The notes beneath the pieces were generated by a model. That model did not search any database. It was given only the letters and a program-made list of their open reading frames with translations, and was not told the DNA's origin. Both the position numbers and the translations under genes were made by a program. Source: a virus (lineage: Duplodnaviria > Caudoviricetes). Taken from it: a stretch of DNA of 64,000 nucleotides. The DNA is taken from IMG/VR virus record IMGVR_UViG_3300020420_000671; one strand, given 5' to 3'. Shown here in pieces: positions 8,503 to 18,365 of the stretch; position 1 is the first letter of the stretch; every line of letters starts with the position of its first letter.

Positions 8503-9840
8503 ATGAGAACACAACCACAAGAAGTTATTACAAAATTAGAGGCAGATAATTCAAGGCTAGCAAAAGAATTGGTTTTGGCAGGAGCCATGAACGAAGGATT
8601 GGATGAATTTTTTGAAGGAGTCAAAATGGCACTTGATCCTTTATATACTTTTGGTGTAAAGAAGGTTCCAGAATCCAAAGTTGATGGACAAGGACTTAAA
8701 TGGGAAGTATTTAAAAAACTAGCAGACCAATTACATGACAGAGAACTTACAGGACATGATGCCAGAGATGCTATTCTGCTAACAAGAGACATAGCAACAA
8801 TAGAGCAATGGAATAAGTTTTATAGAAGAATTTTAATTAAAGATCTACGTTGTGGAGTCAGTGAAAAAACTGTAAACAAGGTAGCAAAGGATTTCCCACA
8901 GTATTCAATTCCAATTTTTACTTGTCCACTAGCACACGATTCAGCTAATCATGAAAAGAAAATGATTGGTAAGAAACAGGTAGAGGTAAAACTTGACGGT
9001 GTTAGGGTAATTACTATTATACAAGGTGATACAAGCCATGGTAATTTTAGCAGGGTAGAGATGTTTAGCAGAAATGGAAAACAGTTTCATAACTTTGGAC
9101 ATATCATTTCCGAAATAGAAGAAGTGATAAAAGATAATCCTCCACCATATGATTTGGTTTTGGACGGAGAAGTAATGAGTGCTAACTTCCAAGACCTTAT
9201 GAAACAGGTTCATAGAAAGAGTGGTGGTGTTGCCAAAGACGCAGTTCTACATTTATTTGATATGTGTCCATTATCCGAATTCCAAAAAGGTGTTTGGGAC
9301 AAGCCACAGTCATTTAGAAGCCAAGCAGTTAAGGCTTGGGTAGACCAGCATAGAAGCATTTTAAAGCACGTACAAACACTGGATTGGGAAGATGTGAACT
9401 TAGATACCCAAGAAGGTCAAGATCGCTTTGTAGAGCTTAATAAAGCGGCTGTAGACGGTGGTTATGAGGGGGTTATGATCAAAGATCCTGAAGCTGTCTA
9501 TGAATGTAAAAGAACACATAGTTGGTTGAAGGCAAAACCATTTATTGAAGTAACATTAAAGGTAGTTGCGGTTGAAGAAGGCACAGGCCGTAATGAAGGT
9601 AGATTGGGTGCCGTAATATTAGAAGGAGAAGATGATGGATACAATTATAGCCTTAACTGTGGGAGCGGCTTCACTGATGCTCAACGTGATGAGTACTGGA
9701 CTGAACGTGATAGTCTCATTGGTCAGCTAGTAGAAGTAAGGGCTGATGCTAGAACGCAGTCTCAAGATTCTGAAACGTATAGTCTCAGGTTCCCAAGATT
9801 CAAGTGCTTCCGAGGTTTCGAAGCAGGCGAAAAAGTTTAA
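8503..9840 (+). CDS. lig: ATP-dependent DNA ligase
   Basis: Motif I EVKLDGVR, LDGE, EGVMIK, WLKAK, CGSGF, SLRFPRF. Confidence 0.95.
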   Translation: MRTQPQEVITKLEADNSRLAKELVLAGAMNEGLDEFFEGVKMALDPLYTFGVKKVPESKVDGQGLKWEVFKKLADQLHDRELTGHDARDAILLTRDIATIEQWNKFYRRILIKDLRCGVSEKTVNKVAKDFPQYSIPIFTCPLAHDSANHEKKMIGKKQVEVKLDGVRVITIIQGDTSHGNFSRVEMFSRNGKQFHNFGHIISEIEEVIKDNPPPYDLVLDGEVMSANFQDLMKQVHRKSGGVAKDAVLHLFDMCPLSEFQKGVWDKPQSFRSQAVKAWVDQHRSILKHVQTLDWEDVNLDTQEGQDRFVELNKAAVDGGYEGVMIKDPEAVYECKRTHSWLKAKPFIEVTLKVVAVEEGTGRNEGRLGAVILEGEDDGYNYSLNCGSGFTDAQRDEYWTERDSLIGQLVEVRADARTQSQDSETYSLRFPRFKCFRGFEAGEKV

Positions 9841-9932
9841 TCCTCGCGAACGTAAGGACGGCGAAAAAATGACGGACAAAGAAAAAATGGACGCAGGATA
9901 CAAGGGTAAAACATTCACAATTAACGGTATAG

Positions 9933-10136
9933 ATGGAGATTTTTGATATGTATTGGTTAGTAGTTGTGTTAAGTATAGGAGGATATCCAGAAATGAATTT
10001 ACAGTTTGAATTCAGTAGAAGTTATTATTGTAATTTAGCTAAAGATAAATTTATACAAGCAGATCCGCCTACTATGAAAATTGGAGGTAAGAGTGTATCT
10101 TCAAAGATTAAGAGTATTGAGTGCGAAAAAAGATAA
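9933..10136 (+). CDS. Hypothetical protein
   Basis: 67 aa with hydrophobic N-terminus. Confidence 0.55.
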   Translation: MEIFDMYWLVVVLSIGGYPEMNLQFEFSRSYYCNLAKDKFIQADPPTMKIGGKSVSSKIKSIECEKR

Positions 10137-10152
10137 TTGAAAGGGTTTTAAA

Positions 10153-10533
10153 ATGAGGAGATTTATTTACGATTGTTGGAATCATATAATGGATGCTGAG
10201 GTTAATCCATTAAGACACATTCCAGATTTAAATGTTAGACACATGATTATGCAGGTTTTAGCTTTTATGTGGTCAGCAGTATTTTCAATTGCCATAGCAG
10301 ACAGTATTATGGCATTTGGTATAAGTGCTATGGTACACGTATTTTTTGTTGCGGCTGTGGTAATAACGGTAGCAACATTCAAAGTGGCAGAATATAAACC
10401 GGGTGTGTTCACTTGGAGAACAGGCTACCATTCTCATGGTAGAGGTAGAACATATACAATTTATAGGGATAAAAAAGGGAATGCCCATAAGGTAGAATTA
10501 CCTGAAGGTGATCCCGGCGGTGAGCATGAATGA
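10153..10533 (+). CDS. Hypothetical membrane protein
   Basis: Two TM helices; NPLRHIPD motif. Confidence 0.75.
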   Translation: MRRFIYDCWNHIMDAEVNPLRHIPDLNVRHMIMQVLAFMWSAVFSIAIADSIMAFGISAMVHVFFVAAVVITVATFKVAEYKPGVFTWRTGYHSHGRGRTYTIYRDKKGNAHKVELPEGDPGGEHE

Positions 10534-11209
10534 TATTAAATTTATAAGTCATGATAAACACGTATTAAAACACTTTCCTATCGTTCCCGCCAAAGATTGC
10601 TTACCGAAATGGTATGCTGATTTAAAGGCCACCGATCCTAATATTTCTAAATGTATGCCAGTACGTGATATGATCACTGCTGGCTACATTATTCCTAATC
10701 CTTATGAACAGGTAGTAGGTATATTAAGTGAAGATGATATAGAGAATCCGGAAGTGATTTTTCCGGTAGAAAGACCTGGAGAGTTTTTCACTGCTATGAA
10801 TCATATGACTGCTCCTAATGCCTTTCATACCCATGACCAATGTCCTGTTCACATTGACGGTAACAAAAAGTCTTATTACAAAATTAAATTGCCTTGGAGA
10901 ATTATTACTCCAAAAGGGTACAGTACACTTTTTATTCAACCTTTTTATCAGTTTACAACTGATTTTGTAATGTTACCTGCTATTATAGACACAGATGAGT
11001 ACGATCATAGTAATTTAATTTTTCCTTGTTACTTCAAAAAAGAAGTTGACATCAAACCTGGATCACCTCTGGTACAAGCAATACCGTTCAAGAGAGATCA
11101 GTGGCAACATTCATTATCATATGAAGAAGAAGGCACTTCGAGCAAGATGAATTTCTTCCTTAATAACATGTACAAGAGAGCTTTTCATCAGAAAAAGACT
11201 TTCAAATAA
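10526..11209 (+). CDS. Conserved marine-phage beta-sheet protein (DUF6065/dUTPase-like fold)
   Basis: KCMPVRDMITAGYII...PWRIITPKGYSTLF...IIDTD...GSPLVQAIPFKR. Confidence 0.6.
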   Translation: MNDIKFISHDKHVLKHFPIVPAKDCLPKWYADLKATDPNISKCMPVRDMITAGYIIPNPYEQVVGILSEDDIENPEVIFPVERPGEFFTAMNHMTAPNAFHTHDQCPVHIDGNKKSYYKIKLPWRIITPKGYSTLFIQPFYQFTTDFVMLPAIIDTDEYDHSNLIFPCYFKKEVDIKPGSPLVQAIPFKRDQWQHSLSYEEEGTSSKMNFFLNNMYKRAFHQKKTFK

Positions 11210-11210
11210 A

Positions 11211-11239
11211 TTGACTTTTATATATAAAGAATATATACT
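11211..11239 (+). promoter_or_regulatory. Sigma70-type promoter
   Basis: TTGACT-N17-TATACT. Confidence 0.8.
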
Positions 11240-11265
11240 ACTAAAAAATCACAGTTGGAGCTACC

Positions 11266-12540
11266 ATGGCAAAGAAAAGAAAAGGTAATATTTTTAAGAC
11301 AAAAGCCACTGAGCCTAAGTGGGACGATGCTAAAGATCTTACAGGTGAACAGTACAGTCGTAGAATGCATGCCGCACAAGAACATTATAGGATGGATTTT
11401 AAGACTGATGCTTATAAAAAATGGATAATAGAATACTGTAAAAGATCTGATAAATGGAAAGATGATGTTAAAACAATATCAAAATGTCCAGACAGAGAAT
11501 TTAGATCTGCTTTGGCAGGACTATGTAGATTGGCAAATATGGGTTGTCCTGATTACCATAAACCGTATGCCGAATACTGGAGAGGTTTGGCAGGCACTAT
11601 GGGAGAGGTCAAGCCACATTCTGAAACAATAGACAAATGGATACAAGAAATTGTAAACGTAGGTAGTACAATTAAAAAGACTGAAGATAAGAAAAAAGAA
11701 GCCGAGAAGAAGAAAGGTAATGTATACAAACCTAGTATACAAGAAAGAATTAAAGAACAAGCACATCTACAATCAGAAGCTATTGAAGACTGGTTAGAAA
11801 AGTGGACAAAGGATCCTAAAAAATTCAAAAAAGACGAGTTTAAATTTAGTAAACATTTTATATCAGCTAAAGTTACCCAAGCTCATGCTAGAGTCATGCT
11901 TGGTTGGTATGAACCTATGGCCGTTGAATTAAATGAAGTATTGAATCCTCCTACAAAAGCTGAATATGAAAGGATGACAGAAAAAGAAAAAGACCTTGCT
12001 GATCAACTGATAGAAGGATATTCAATATATGAAAAGAAGGATCTACAAAATCTATATGAAGGTTATACTAACTTATTAGGTGCTTTGAATATGCTGATAG
12101 ATATGGCTAAAGCTAGTAGAAAAACACGAAAAAGAGTGCCTAAGAGCAAGGACAAATTAGTACAAAAACTTAAATTTAGAATATCCGATGACAAGTATAA
12201 AGTAGCAAGTATCAACCCAATCGATATTATAGGCTGTAACGAGCTATGGGTATTCAATGTTAAAACAAGAAAGATAGGAAAATATGTGGCAAGTCAAATT
12301 GATCCGCTGAAACAAGAAAGAGAAGGCACTGGGTTGAGTGTGAAAGGGACAACTATTACACAATTTAAAGAATCACAGAGCATACAAAAAACTATTAGGA
12401 AACCGGAAGATAAACTTAAAGAATTCCATGACGCAGGTAAGGTTAAATTAAGAACCTATTTGGAAGACATTAATGCTGTGGAGATCAAGCTGAATGGTAG
12501 AATAAACAACGAAACTATTCTTCTTAAGGCAGTAAGATAA
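11266..12540 (+). CDS. Conserved T4-like phage hypothetical protein
   Basis: 424 aa; C-terminal WVFNVKTRK...KGTTI...QKTIRKPE...LNGRINNETILLK. Confidence 0.8.
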   Translation: MAKKRKGNIFKTKATEPKWDDAKDLTGEQYSRRMHAAQEHYRMDFKTDAYKKWIIEYCKRSDKWKDDVKTISKCPDREFRSALAGLCRLANMGCPDYHKPYAEYWRGLAGTMGEVKPHSETIDKWIQEIVNVGSTIKKTEDKKKEAEKKKGNVYKPSIQERIKEQAHLQSEAIEDWLEKWTKDPKKFKKDEFKFSKHFISAKVTQAHARVMLGWYEPMAVELNEVLNPPTKAEYERMTEKEKDLADQLIEGYSIYEKKDLQNLYEGYTNLLGALNMLIDMAKASRKTRKRVPKSKDKLVQKLKFRISDDKYKVASINPIDIIGCNELWVFNVKTRKIGKYVASQIDPLKQEREGTGLSVKGTTITQFKESQSIQKTIRKPEDKLKEFHDAGKVKLRTYLEDINAVEIKLNGRINNETILLKAVR

Positions 12541-12543
12541 ATA
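12538..12543 (+). promoter_or_regulatory. Late promoter, leaderless (N5 to ATG)
   Basis: TAAATA-cttgc-ATG 12549. Confidence 0.65.
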
Positions 12544-12548
12544 CTTGC

Positions 12549-13613
12549 ATGGATCAGATAACAAACATTAGAGAAGGTCTCGCTAAACTAACATCAGCAT
12601 TAGAGACTATTGTAACAAAGGATACACCAGCTACACCTGATGCGACTGTAAACAGTATCAGTGGTAATGCTATTCACGGTGGCAAAATCACTTTGTTAAG
12701 AAGCACAGGAATAAGAGATCAAGCAACTAGAACATCATTGCTTGTAGAAGATGATAAAATTACGGTAGGTAGTGCTGATATAGATAACGTAATGGGCGAT
12801 TTAACTGTTGAAGACAATCTTACAATAGGTGGCGAAATAAAAGCTAAAACATTAAGAGTAGACGAAACATATACAGATCAAAAACACAACACATCATTAG
12901 ATTTTCAAGTAGAAGGCGATACACGTTTAATTGGTTTACAATGGCGTAAGAAAGGTGAAGCAACTAAACAATTAGTTTGGCGTGATGATAGATTTTACAT
13001 AAGCAATACTGTTGATCTTCATAGAGATGCTTCATATAGTATTGATAACATTCCTGTAATTACACAGGACTCATTAGGTGCTACAGTAACTAAAAGTAAC
13101 CTTTCAACTGTAGGTAGATTACAAAATTTACAAACAGATGGTGATCTTACTGTGGACGATTATATTTTTTATGAAAGTGGTACAAGTAGATTAGGAATAG
13201 GAACAGAAGCACCAAACGGACAATTAAGTGTTTCTAGCGATGAAGCAGAATTCGTCGTTGATCCAGATTTTGACCACTTAAGAGTAGGTGCTTGGACGAC
13301 AAGTAAAATGTCTTTGATTACAGATAACAAAGAAAGAATTGTAATCAAACAGCACGGAGGAGTTGAAATAAAAGATAAGCTAGGAATCAACACAGCATAT
13401 CCTGGCGAAGATGTTGACTTAGAGGTCAAAGGTAATATAAGATTTAATGCCAAGAAGTTTACAGTTGGCGAATTTCCTCCCACAGAAGGTAATTATAATT
13501 TGGGAGACATACAGTATGATACAAATCCAAGACAAGGTGGATTCATCGGATGGGTTTGTATTATTCCAGGTAATCCTGGTACATGGAAGGGCTTTGGAGC
13601 GATAGAAAAATAA
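12549..13613 (+). CDS. Virion fibre/spike-like beta-helical protein
   Basis: Beta-rich repeats (RLGIGTEAP); C-terminal YNLGDI...GWVC...GNPGTWKGFG. Confidence 0.65.
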   Translation: MDQITNIREGLAKLTSALETIVTKDTPATPDATVNSISGNAIHGGKITLLRSTGIRDQATRTSLLVEDDKITVGSADIDNVMGDLTVEDNLTIGGEIKAKTLRVDETYTDQKHNTSLDFQVEGDTRLIGLQWRKKGEATKQLVWRDDRFYISNTVDLHRDASYSIDNIPVITQDSLGATVTKSNLSTVGRLQNLQTDGDLTVDDYIFYESGTSRLGIGTEAPNGQLSVSSDEAEFVVDPDFDHLRVGAWTTSKMSLITDNKERIVIKQHGGVEIKDKLGINTAYPGEDVDLEVKGNIRFNAKKFTVGEFPPTEGNYNLGDIQYDTNPRQGGFIGWVCIIPGNPGTWKGFGAIEK

Positions 13614-14029
13614 TGACAAAACTTTTTAATATTGATATTCAAGCTATTTCTGAAATAAAGTCAGGATTAAATGATCTTTCAAATTGGATTCTTACAATGG
13701 AAAGATTAGCCGGCACAAGTAATTCTAAACTGTCAATTGATAGTAAAGGAAGACTACACGTTGCTGGCAAGGAAGATACTATAATCCACGGTAATCTTGG
13801 TGTCGGAGTTGACACCGTACCAAATGATGTAGCTATAGAAACAAGTTTGCCAGTACGATTTCAAGGAAAGAAATTTGAAGTGAACAGTGATGTTCCTCGG
13901 ACTGGACTTTATAACAAGGGTGATATTATATGGAATGACGATCCTGTACCAAACGGTATTGTTGGTTGGATCTGTATAAGAACAGGCACCCCTGGAGAGT
14001 GGCGCACATTTGGGATGATTGGTGGATGA
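13613..14029 (+). CDS. Paralog of the C-terminal part of the preceding fibre-like protein
   Basis: YNKGDIIW...GWICIRTGTPGEWRTFG; start at ATG 13613 (TAATG coupling). Confidence 0.7.
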   Translation: MTKLFNIDIQAISEIKSGLNDLSNWILTMERLAGTSNSKLSIDSKGRLHVAGKEDTIIHGNLGVGVDTVPNDVAIETSLPVRFQGKKFEVNSDVPRTGLYNKGDIIWNDDPVPNGIVGWICIRTGTPGEWRTFGMIGG

Positions 14030-14352
14030 AGAAAGACGTAGATAAACAGGTAAACGCTTGGTACATGTTAGGCAGAGTTGCTCCGATAGGAGCTTTATTT
14101 TTACTTTGTCTAGTATTGATATTTGATGTATCAGGTTGGTTAGAACATACACTTATATTTTTAGGTACTGTATTTGCTGTTATTGCCTTTACATGGTGGT
14201 GGTGGGTTTTAGATACTGTCAAAGAACTTTTCAATTTACTAAAAGGTGCTCATAATAGATTTGACACAATAATCACTGATATCCAAGAAATCAAAAAAGA
14301 AATTAATGATAGTAATAGGAAACGGAACAAGCAGGACAACGATAAATCTTGA
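14026..14352 (+). CDS. Membrane protein (2 TM helices plus coiled coil)
   Basis: Start ATG 14026 overlaps the previous stop. Confidence 0.7.
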   Translation: MKKDVDKQVNAWYMLGRVAPIGALFLLCLVLIFDVSGWLEHTLIFLGTVFAVIAFTWWWWVLDTVKELFNLLKGAHNRFDTIITDIQEIKKEINDSNRKRNKQDNDKS

Positions 14353-14875
14353 CCGTTATCCTGAAACAAAGATAGGTTGTAATGCTATCTTTAGAGATAT
14401 TTACGTAGACCATCTGGTTTGTTGTGATAAGAAGATGGTCAAACAAGCCATCGGTGCTGGAGCTTCTCCAATTTATACACGACATAGATGGATAGCTGAT
14501 TTTCCAAAACAACAGGTAATTGCTTTACCAGAACTACCTTACAAAGGTGACAAAAGGCAAGATGATCCTTTTCATTGGGGTAGTGGGCCATATGCGTTAT
14601 TGTTAGCAACTACTTTGTCTAAATACATTAAGATTGTTGGATTTGATCTTTACGGAACTGAAGGCGGTAACACAAATAACGTTTATGTCAACACTGATGG
14701 ATATAAAACTTTACATGATGACGCTGTTGATTGGTCTTATTGGGTGTATCAAATCGCAAAACTTTTTGAATATAATCCAGACACAATATTTCATTTCTTT
14801 AATTTGGAGAACTGGAAGTGTCCAAAACAATGGGATTTTAAAAATATAAAGGTTGACAATATTAACAAATTATAA
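14306..14875 (+). CDS. MAF/MptE-like (GT-like Rossmann) protein
   Basis: VIGNGTSR, IGCNAIFRD, DHLVCCD, WGSGPYAL, IVGFDLYG. Confidence 0.6.
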   Translation: MIVIGNGTSRTTINLDRYPETKIGCNAIFRDIYVDHLVCCDKKMVKQAIGAGASPIYTRHRWIADFPKQQVIALPELPYKGDKRQDDPFHWGSGPYALLLATTLSKYIKIVGFDLYGTEGGNTNNVYVNTDGYKTLHDDAVDWSYWVYQIAKLFEYNPDTIFHFFNLENWKCPKQWDFKNIKVDNINKL

Positions 14876-14881
14876 TATAAT
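14853..14881 (+). promoter_or_regulatory. Perfect sigma70 consensus promoter upstream of queD
   Basis: TTGACA-N17-TATAAT. Confidence 0.85.
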
Positions 14882-14905
14882 GTAATAAACTTGGAAAGGT
14901 AAACT

Positions 14906-15355
14906 ATGGGAAAATACTATTCTACTAAAACATACGGACACAATATAGGATTAAGTGCTGTATTTAGACAGCCAAATGCTGATCATTCCCATTGTCATTT
15001 GCTACACGGATATAGTTTACAATTTAAATTTACTTTTGGTTGTAAAGAACTTGACAACAAAAATTGGGCAGTTGACTTTGGTGGATTGAAACCTTTGAAA
15101 GCATGGTTGGAAGACAACTTTGATCACAAATTATGTTTAGATAATAATGATCCACACATTGGAAAATTTAAAGAACTTGAAGCATTGGACCTCGCTGAAC
15201 TTAGAATGTTTGATGGTGTTGGTGCTGAAAAGTTTGCCGAACACGCATTTAACTTTGCTGACAAACTTATCAGGGAAAAAACAAATGATAGATGTTTTGT
15301 AGTGAGTGTTGAATGTGCTGAGCATGGTGCTAATTCTGCTATATACGAGAAATAA
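14906..15355 (+). CDS. queD: 6-carboxytetrahydropterin synthase / PTPS-family protein
   Basis: FRQ...HSHCHLLHGYS, WAVDFGGLK, DNFDH, GAEKFAE, VECAEHGANSA. Confidence 0.85.
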   Translation: MGKYYSTKTYGHNIGLSAVFRQPNADHSHCHLLHGYSLQFKFTFGCKELDNKNWAVDFGGLKPLKAWLEDNFDHKLCLDNNDPHIGKFKELEALDLAELRMFDGVGAEKFAEHAFNFADKLIREKTNDRCFVVSVECAEHGANSAIYEK

Positions 15356-15369
15356 GGCTACCATGTACA

Positions 15370-16251
15370 ATGGCAAAAATAGATAAATCACAATATACAA
15401 AAGAACAGTGGAAAGTCATTCGTGAGCAGAGGCGTAGGCAAAAAGCCGCAGATAGAGCTAAAAAGGCACAAAAGAATACTTTAGAAGCAAAAGACACAGA
15501 AAGAGCAGTTAAAGTAGCAGTTAATGAGCCTGTAGTAGATAAACGAGATAATTACATCGTTTGTTTGAAACACGGCACAAAGTACAGCTCACAATATGTA
15601 AACAATCTATACAACATGGTTAAGCGCCATTGTACTGTTCCATATGAATTTGTGTGTTTCACAGATGACATACGTGATATAAATCCAAACATCAAAACGA
15701 TTACACTAAAACACTTGGGAGTAAGTGGTTGGTGGTACAAGCCTATCTTCTTTGATAAAAATTTTCCTTTAGATGGCAATATACTTTACTTCGATCTTGA
15801 TGTTGTAATACACGAAAATATAGACAATCTTTTTTCTTATAATCCTGGAAAGTTTTTAATTTGTAGAGACTTCAACAGAAGCATTAGGCATGACTGGAGT
15901 AGAATGAATAGTAGTGTATTTAGATTAGTTTCAGGGTCATTGCCTTTTGTGTATGATGAGTTTATGGAAAACGCCGCAATGAACATGAGAAGGTTTCACG
16001 GTGACCAAGACTGGATATATGAAATGATGAGTGATAAAAAAAGTTTATGGATGTTTTGGCCAGACGAATGGATACGCAGTTACAAATGGGAAATGAGAGA
16101 TAGAGCCCATTTGGATAGGATCGGCGGTATAAGAAACTTTAAGGTAAAGGCAGATCCTATAGTACATCATCTATGTAATGTTGCTGTATTTCACGGAGAG
16201 CCACATCCACATCAAGTCGAGGACGATTGGGTAAAGGAGAATTGGAGATGA
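15370..16251 (+). CDS. Glycosyltransferase (GT-A fold) with basic N-terminal extension
   Basis: CLKHGTKY, FVCFTD, GWWYK, LYFDLDVVI (DxD), NSSV, GDQDWI, FHGEPHP. Confidence 0.8.
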   Translation: MAKIDKSQYTKEQWKVIREQRRRQKAADRAKKAQKNTLEAKDTERAVKVAVNEPVVDKRDNYIVCLKHGTKYSSQYVNNLYNMVKRHCTVPYEFVCFTDDIRDINPNIKTITLKHLGVSGWWYKPIFFDKNFPLDGNILYFDLDVVIHENIDNLFSYNPGKFLICRDFNRSIRHDWSRMNSSVFRLVSGSLPFVYDEFMENAAMNMRRFHGDQDWIYEMMSDKKSLWMFWPDEWIRSYKWEMRDRAHLDRIGGIRNFKVKADPIVHHLCNVAVFHGEPHPHQVEDDWVKENWR

Positions 16252-16463
16252 CAAACGAAGACTATAAAGTAGACCCGGGCTCTATTAATGTCGATCAACG
16301 TAAACAAGACACAAGAAGAGATGCTTGGGATAGAGACTACATGCCTGCTGATTGGAAAAAGCCTGAGCCAACAACTACAAAAAAAATATCAAATGCGGCA
16401 CCAGTTTTTGTGTTTGCATTTTTTTATGTTTGTGTATTGGTAATGATGGGTAGTATTAGATGA
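16248..16463 (+). CDS. Hypothetical protein with C-terminal TM helix
   Basis: SD GGAG before ATG 16248. Confidence 0.6.
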   Translation: MTNEDYKVDPGSINVDQRKQDTRRDAWDRDYMPADWKKPEPTTTKKISNAAPVFVFAFFYVCVLVMMGSIR

Positions 16464-16623
16464 TTAGATTATGGCACTATTGGTGCAAAGCTATGGGAAG
16501 TCGTGCTTATGATAACGACAGGAAAGACGATCATATACACAATATTATTAGAACATTTTGGTTTTTACTACATATTATAACTTGTTGTATGATTATAGCA
16601 GGTAACGGAAGGATGTTGAATAT

Positions 16624-17334
16624 ATGGTAGATAAATTTATTTTTGATGTTGACGGAACACTTACACCTAGTAGACAAGAAATTGATATGGACTTTGCTGT
16701 TTTCTTTACAGACTTCTGTGCTGAAAATGATGTATATCTTGTTACTGGTAGTGATAGAGAAAAAACAATAGAACAGGTAGGCGAGGAAATATATAGCTTG
16801 GCTGACAGAGTTTACAACTGTTCAGGTAGCGATGTATGGGATGGAAATGTTAATGTTTACACAAGTGATTGGAAGATTCCTGAAGAAGCAGAACAATGGT
16901 TAAAGGCAGAATGTAGATGTAGCGAGTTTCCATTGAGAACAGGTTTACATATTGAAAAAAGGCCTGGCATGATAAATTTTAGTGTAGTTGGTAGAAACGC
17001 AACTATGGGTGAACGAAAGTTATATGTAGAATACGATAACAAAACAAAGGAAAGAATTAAAATTGCCAAAGAATTCCAAAAGTTTTTTCCTGCCATACAA
17101 GCAGTGGTTGGTGGCGAAACTGGTATTGATATCTTTCCTTATGGCAAAGACAAGGCCCAAATTATAAATGATTTTGATGAACTTAATGATACTTTACACT
17201 TTTTTGGTGATAGAATGGATCCAGCAGGAAATGATTATCCTTTGAAAAGAGTAATACTTGACAATGATTTGGGTATGTGCTATAGTGTTAAAGACTGGAA
17301 ACACACATGGAAGTTATTAAAAAAACATGACTAG
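16624..17334 (+). CDS. HAD-IIB phosphomannomutase (eukaryotic PMM-like)
   Basis: FDVDGTLTPSR, VTGSD, EKRPGMINFSVVGRNA, GGETGIDIFP..DK, FFGDR...GNDYP. Confidence 0.85.
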   Translation: MVDKFIFDVDGTLTPSRQEIDMDFAVFFTDFCAENDVYLVTGSDREKTIEQVGEEIYSLADRVYNCSGSDVWDGNVNVYTSDWKIPEEAEQWLKAECRCSEFPLRTGLHIEKRPGMINFSVVGRNATMGERKLYVEYDNKTKERIKIAKEFQKFFPAIQAVVGGETGIDIFPYGKDKAQIINDFDELNDTLHFFGDRMDPAGNDYPLKRVILDNDLGMCYSVKDWKHTWKLLKKHD

Positions 17335-18343
17335 AAGAATAGGCTTCGCATGTAAATACATGCATGAAGATCAAACACAAAAGAAAAAGCTTCTGGAAGA
17401 AATTCAAAGGCCTTTGAATACAAGGTCCACAACTGTTGCTTGGTTAAATAGACAGACAAAAGAAGTAGCAGAAGAAAGACTATGGGATATTTGTAAACAC
17501 AACATTCAATCCTATTACAATTTAATTAAGTACGTGGGAGGACTACAACATGATTTACGAATGGTTAGACTTGGTTCCGATGTTTTGCCTGTTTACACTG
17601 AGCCTACTTGGGGCTATTTCTGGAAGCTACCTGATGTACGTAAATATTGCGAACAGGCTTTGGCACCAGTCGGTGAGTTGGCTCGCAGTCTTGATGTACG
17701 CCTTAGTATGCACCCTGGTCAGTTCACTGTCCTTGCTAGTGATAGTGACGATATAGTAAATAGAAGTGTAGAGGAGTTTGAATATCATGTTGATGTCGCA
17801 AGATGGATGGGGTACGGTAGACAATTCCAGGACTTTAAGATCAATGTCCACATCTCCGGCCGTAAGGGTCCAGCCGGTATCCTCAACGTCCACCCAAGAT
17901 TATCTCCGGAGGCGAGAAACACAATTACAATCGAAAACGACGAAAACTCGTGGGGTATCGACGCAAGTTTGGAGTTACGAAAACACCTCGCATTGGTGCT
18001 TGACATACACCATCACTGGGTCAAAACAGGTGAATATATTCAGCCTACCGACGATAGATTTTCTCGCATAATAGACAGTTGGCGTGGTGTGCGTCCTGTC
18101 ATACATTACTCTGTATCACGAGAAGACATACTAATTGATCATGATATAAACACACTACCAAACATGGAGAAGTTACTTGAACAAGGATACAAAAAACAAA
18201 AACTACGTGCTCATAGCGACTATATGTGGAATACTGCTGTTAACGATTGGGCTTTATCTTTTAGAGATTACGCTGATATAATGGTAGAAAGCAAGGCAAA
18301 GAATTTAGCGAGTATAAAACTCTTCGAATCGGCCAATAAATAA
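17327..18343 (+). CDS. uvdE: UV DNA damage endonuclease (UvsE/UvdE)
   Basis: IGFAC, RLSMHPGQF, INVH, IENDE, LVLDIHHHW, HYS, AHSD, MVESKAKNLA. Confidence 0.93.
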   Translation: MTRRIGFACKYMHEDQTQKKKLLEEIQRPLNTRSTTVAWLNRQTKEVAEERLWDICKHNIQSYYNLIKYVGGLQHDLRMVRLGSDVLPVYTEPTWGYFWKLPDVRKYCEQALAPVGELARSLDVRLSMHPGQFTVLASDSDDIVNRSVEEFEYHVDVARWMGYGRQFQDFKINVHISGRKGPAGILNVHPRLSPEARNTITIENDENSWGIDASLELRKHLALVLDIHHHWVKTGEYIQPTDDRFSRIIDSWRGVRPVIHYSVSREDILIDHDINTLPNMEKLLEQGYKKQKLRAHSDYMWNTAVNDWALSFRDYADIMVESKAKNLASIKLFESANK

Positions 18344-18365
18344 ATTTACGACAAAGGAGAAAACT

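Noticed and set aside
17560-18130. Apparently higher-GC patch inside uvdE
   Set aside because: Judged only by eye. It may reflect amino-acid composition or old recombination; there are no boundaries, repeats or intron features.
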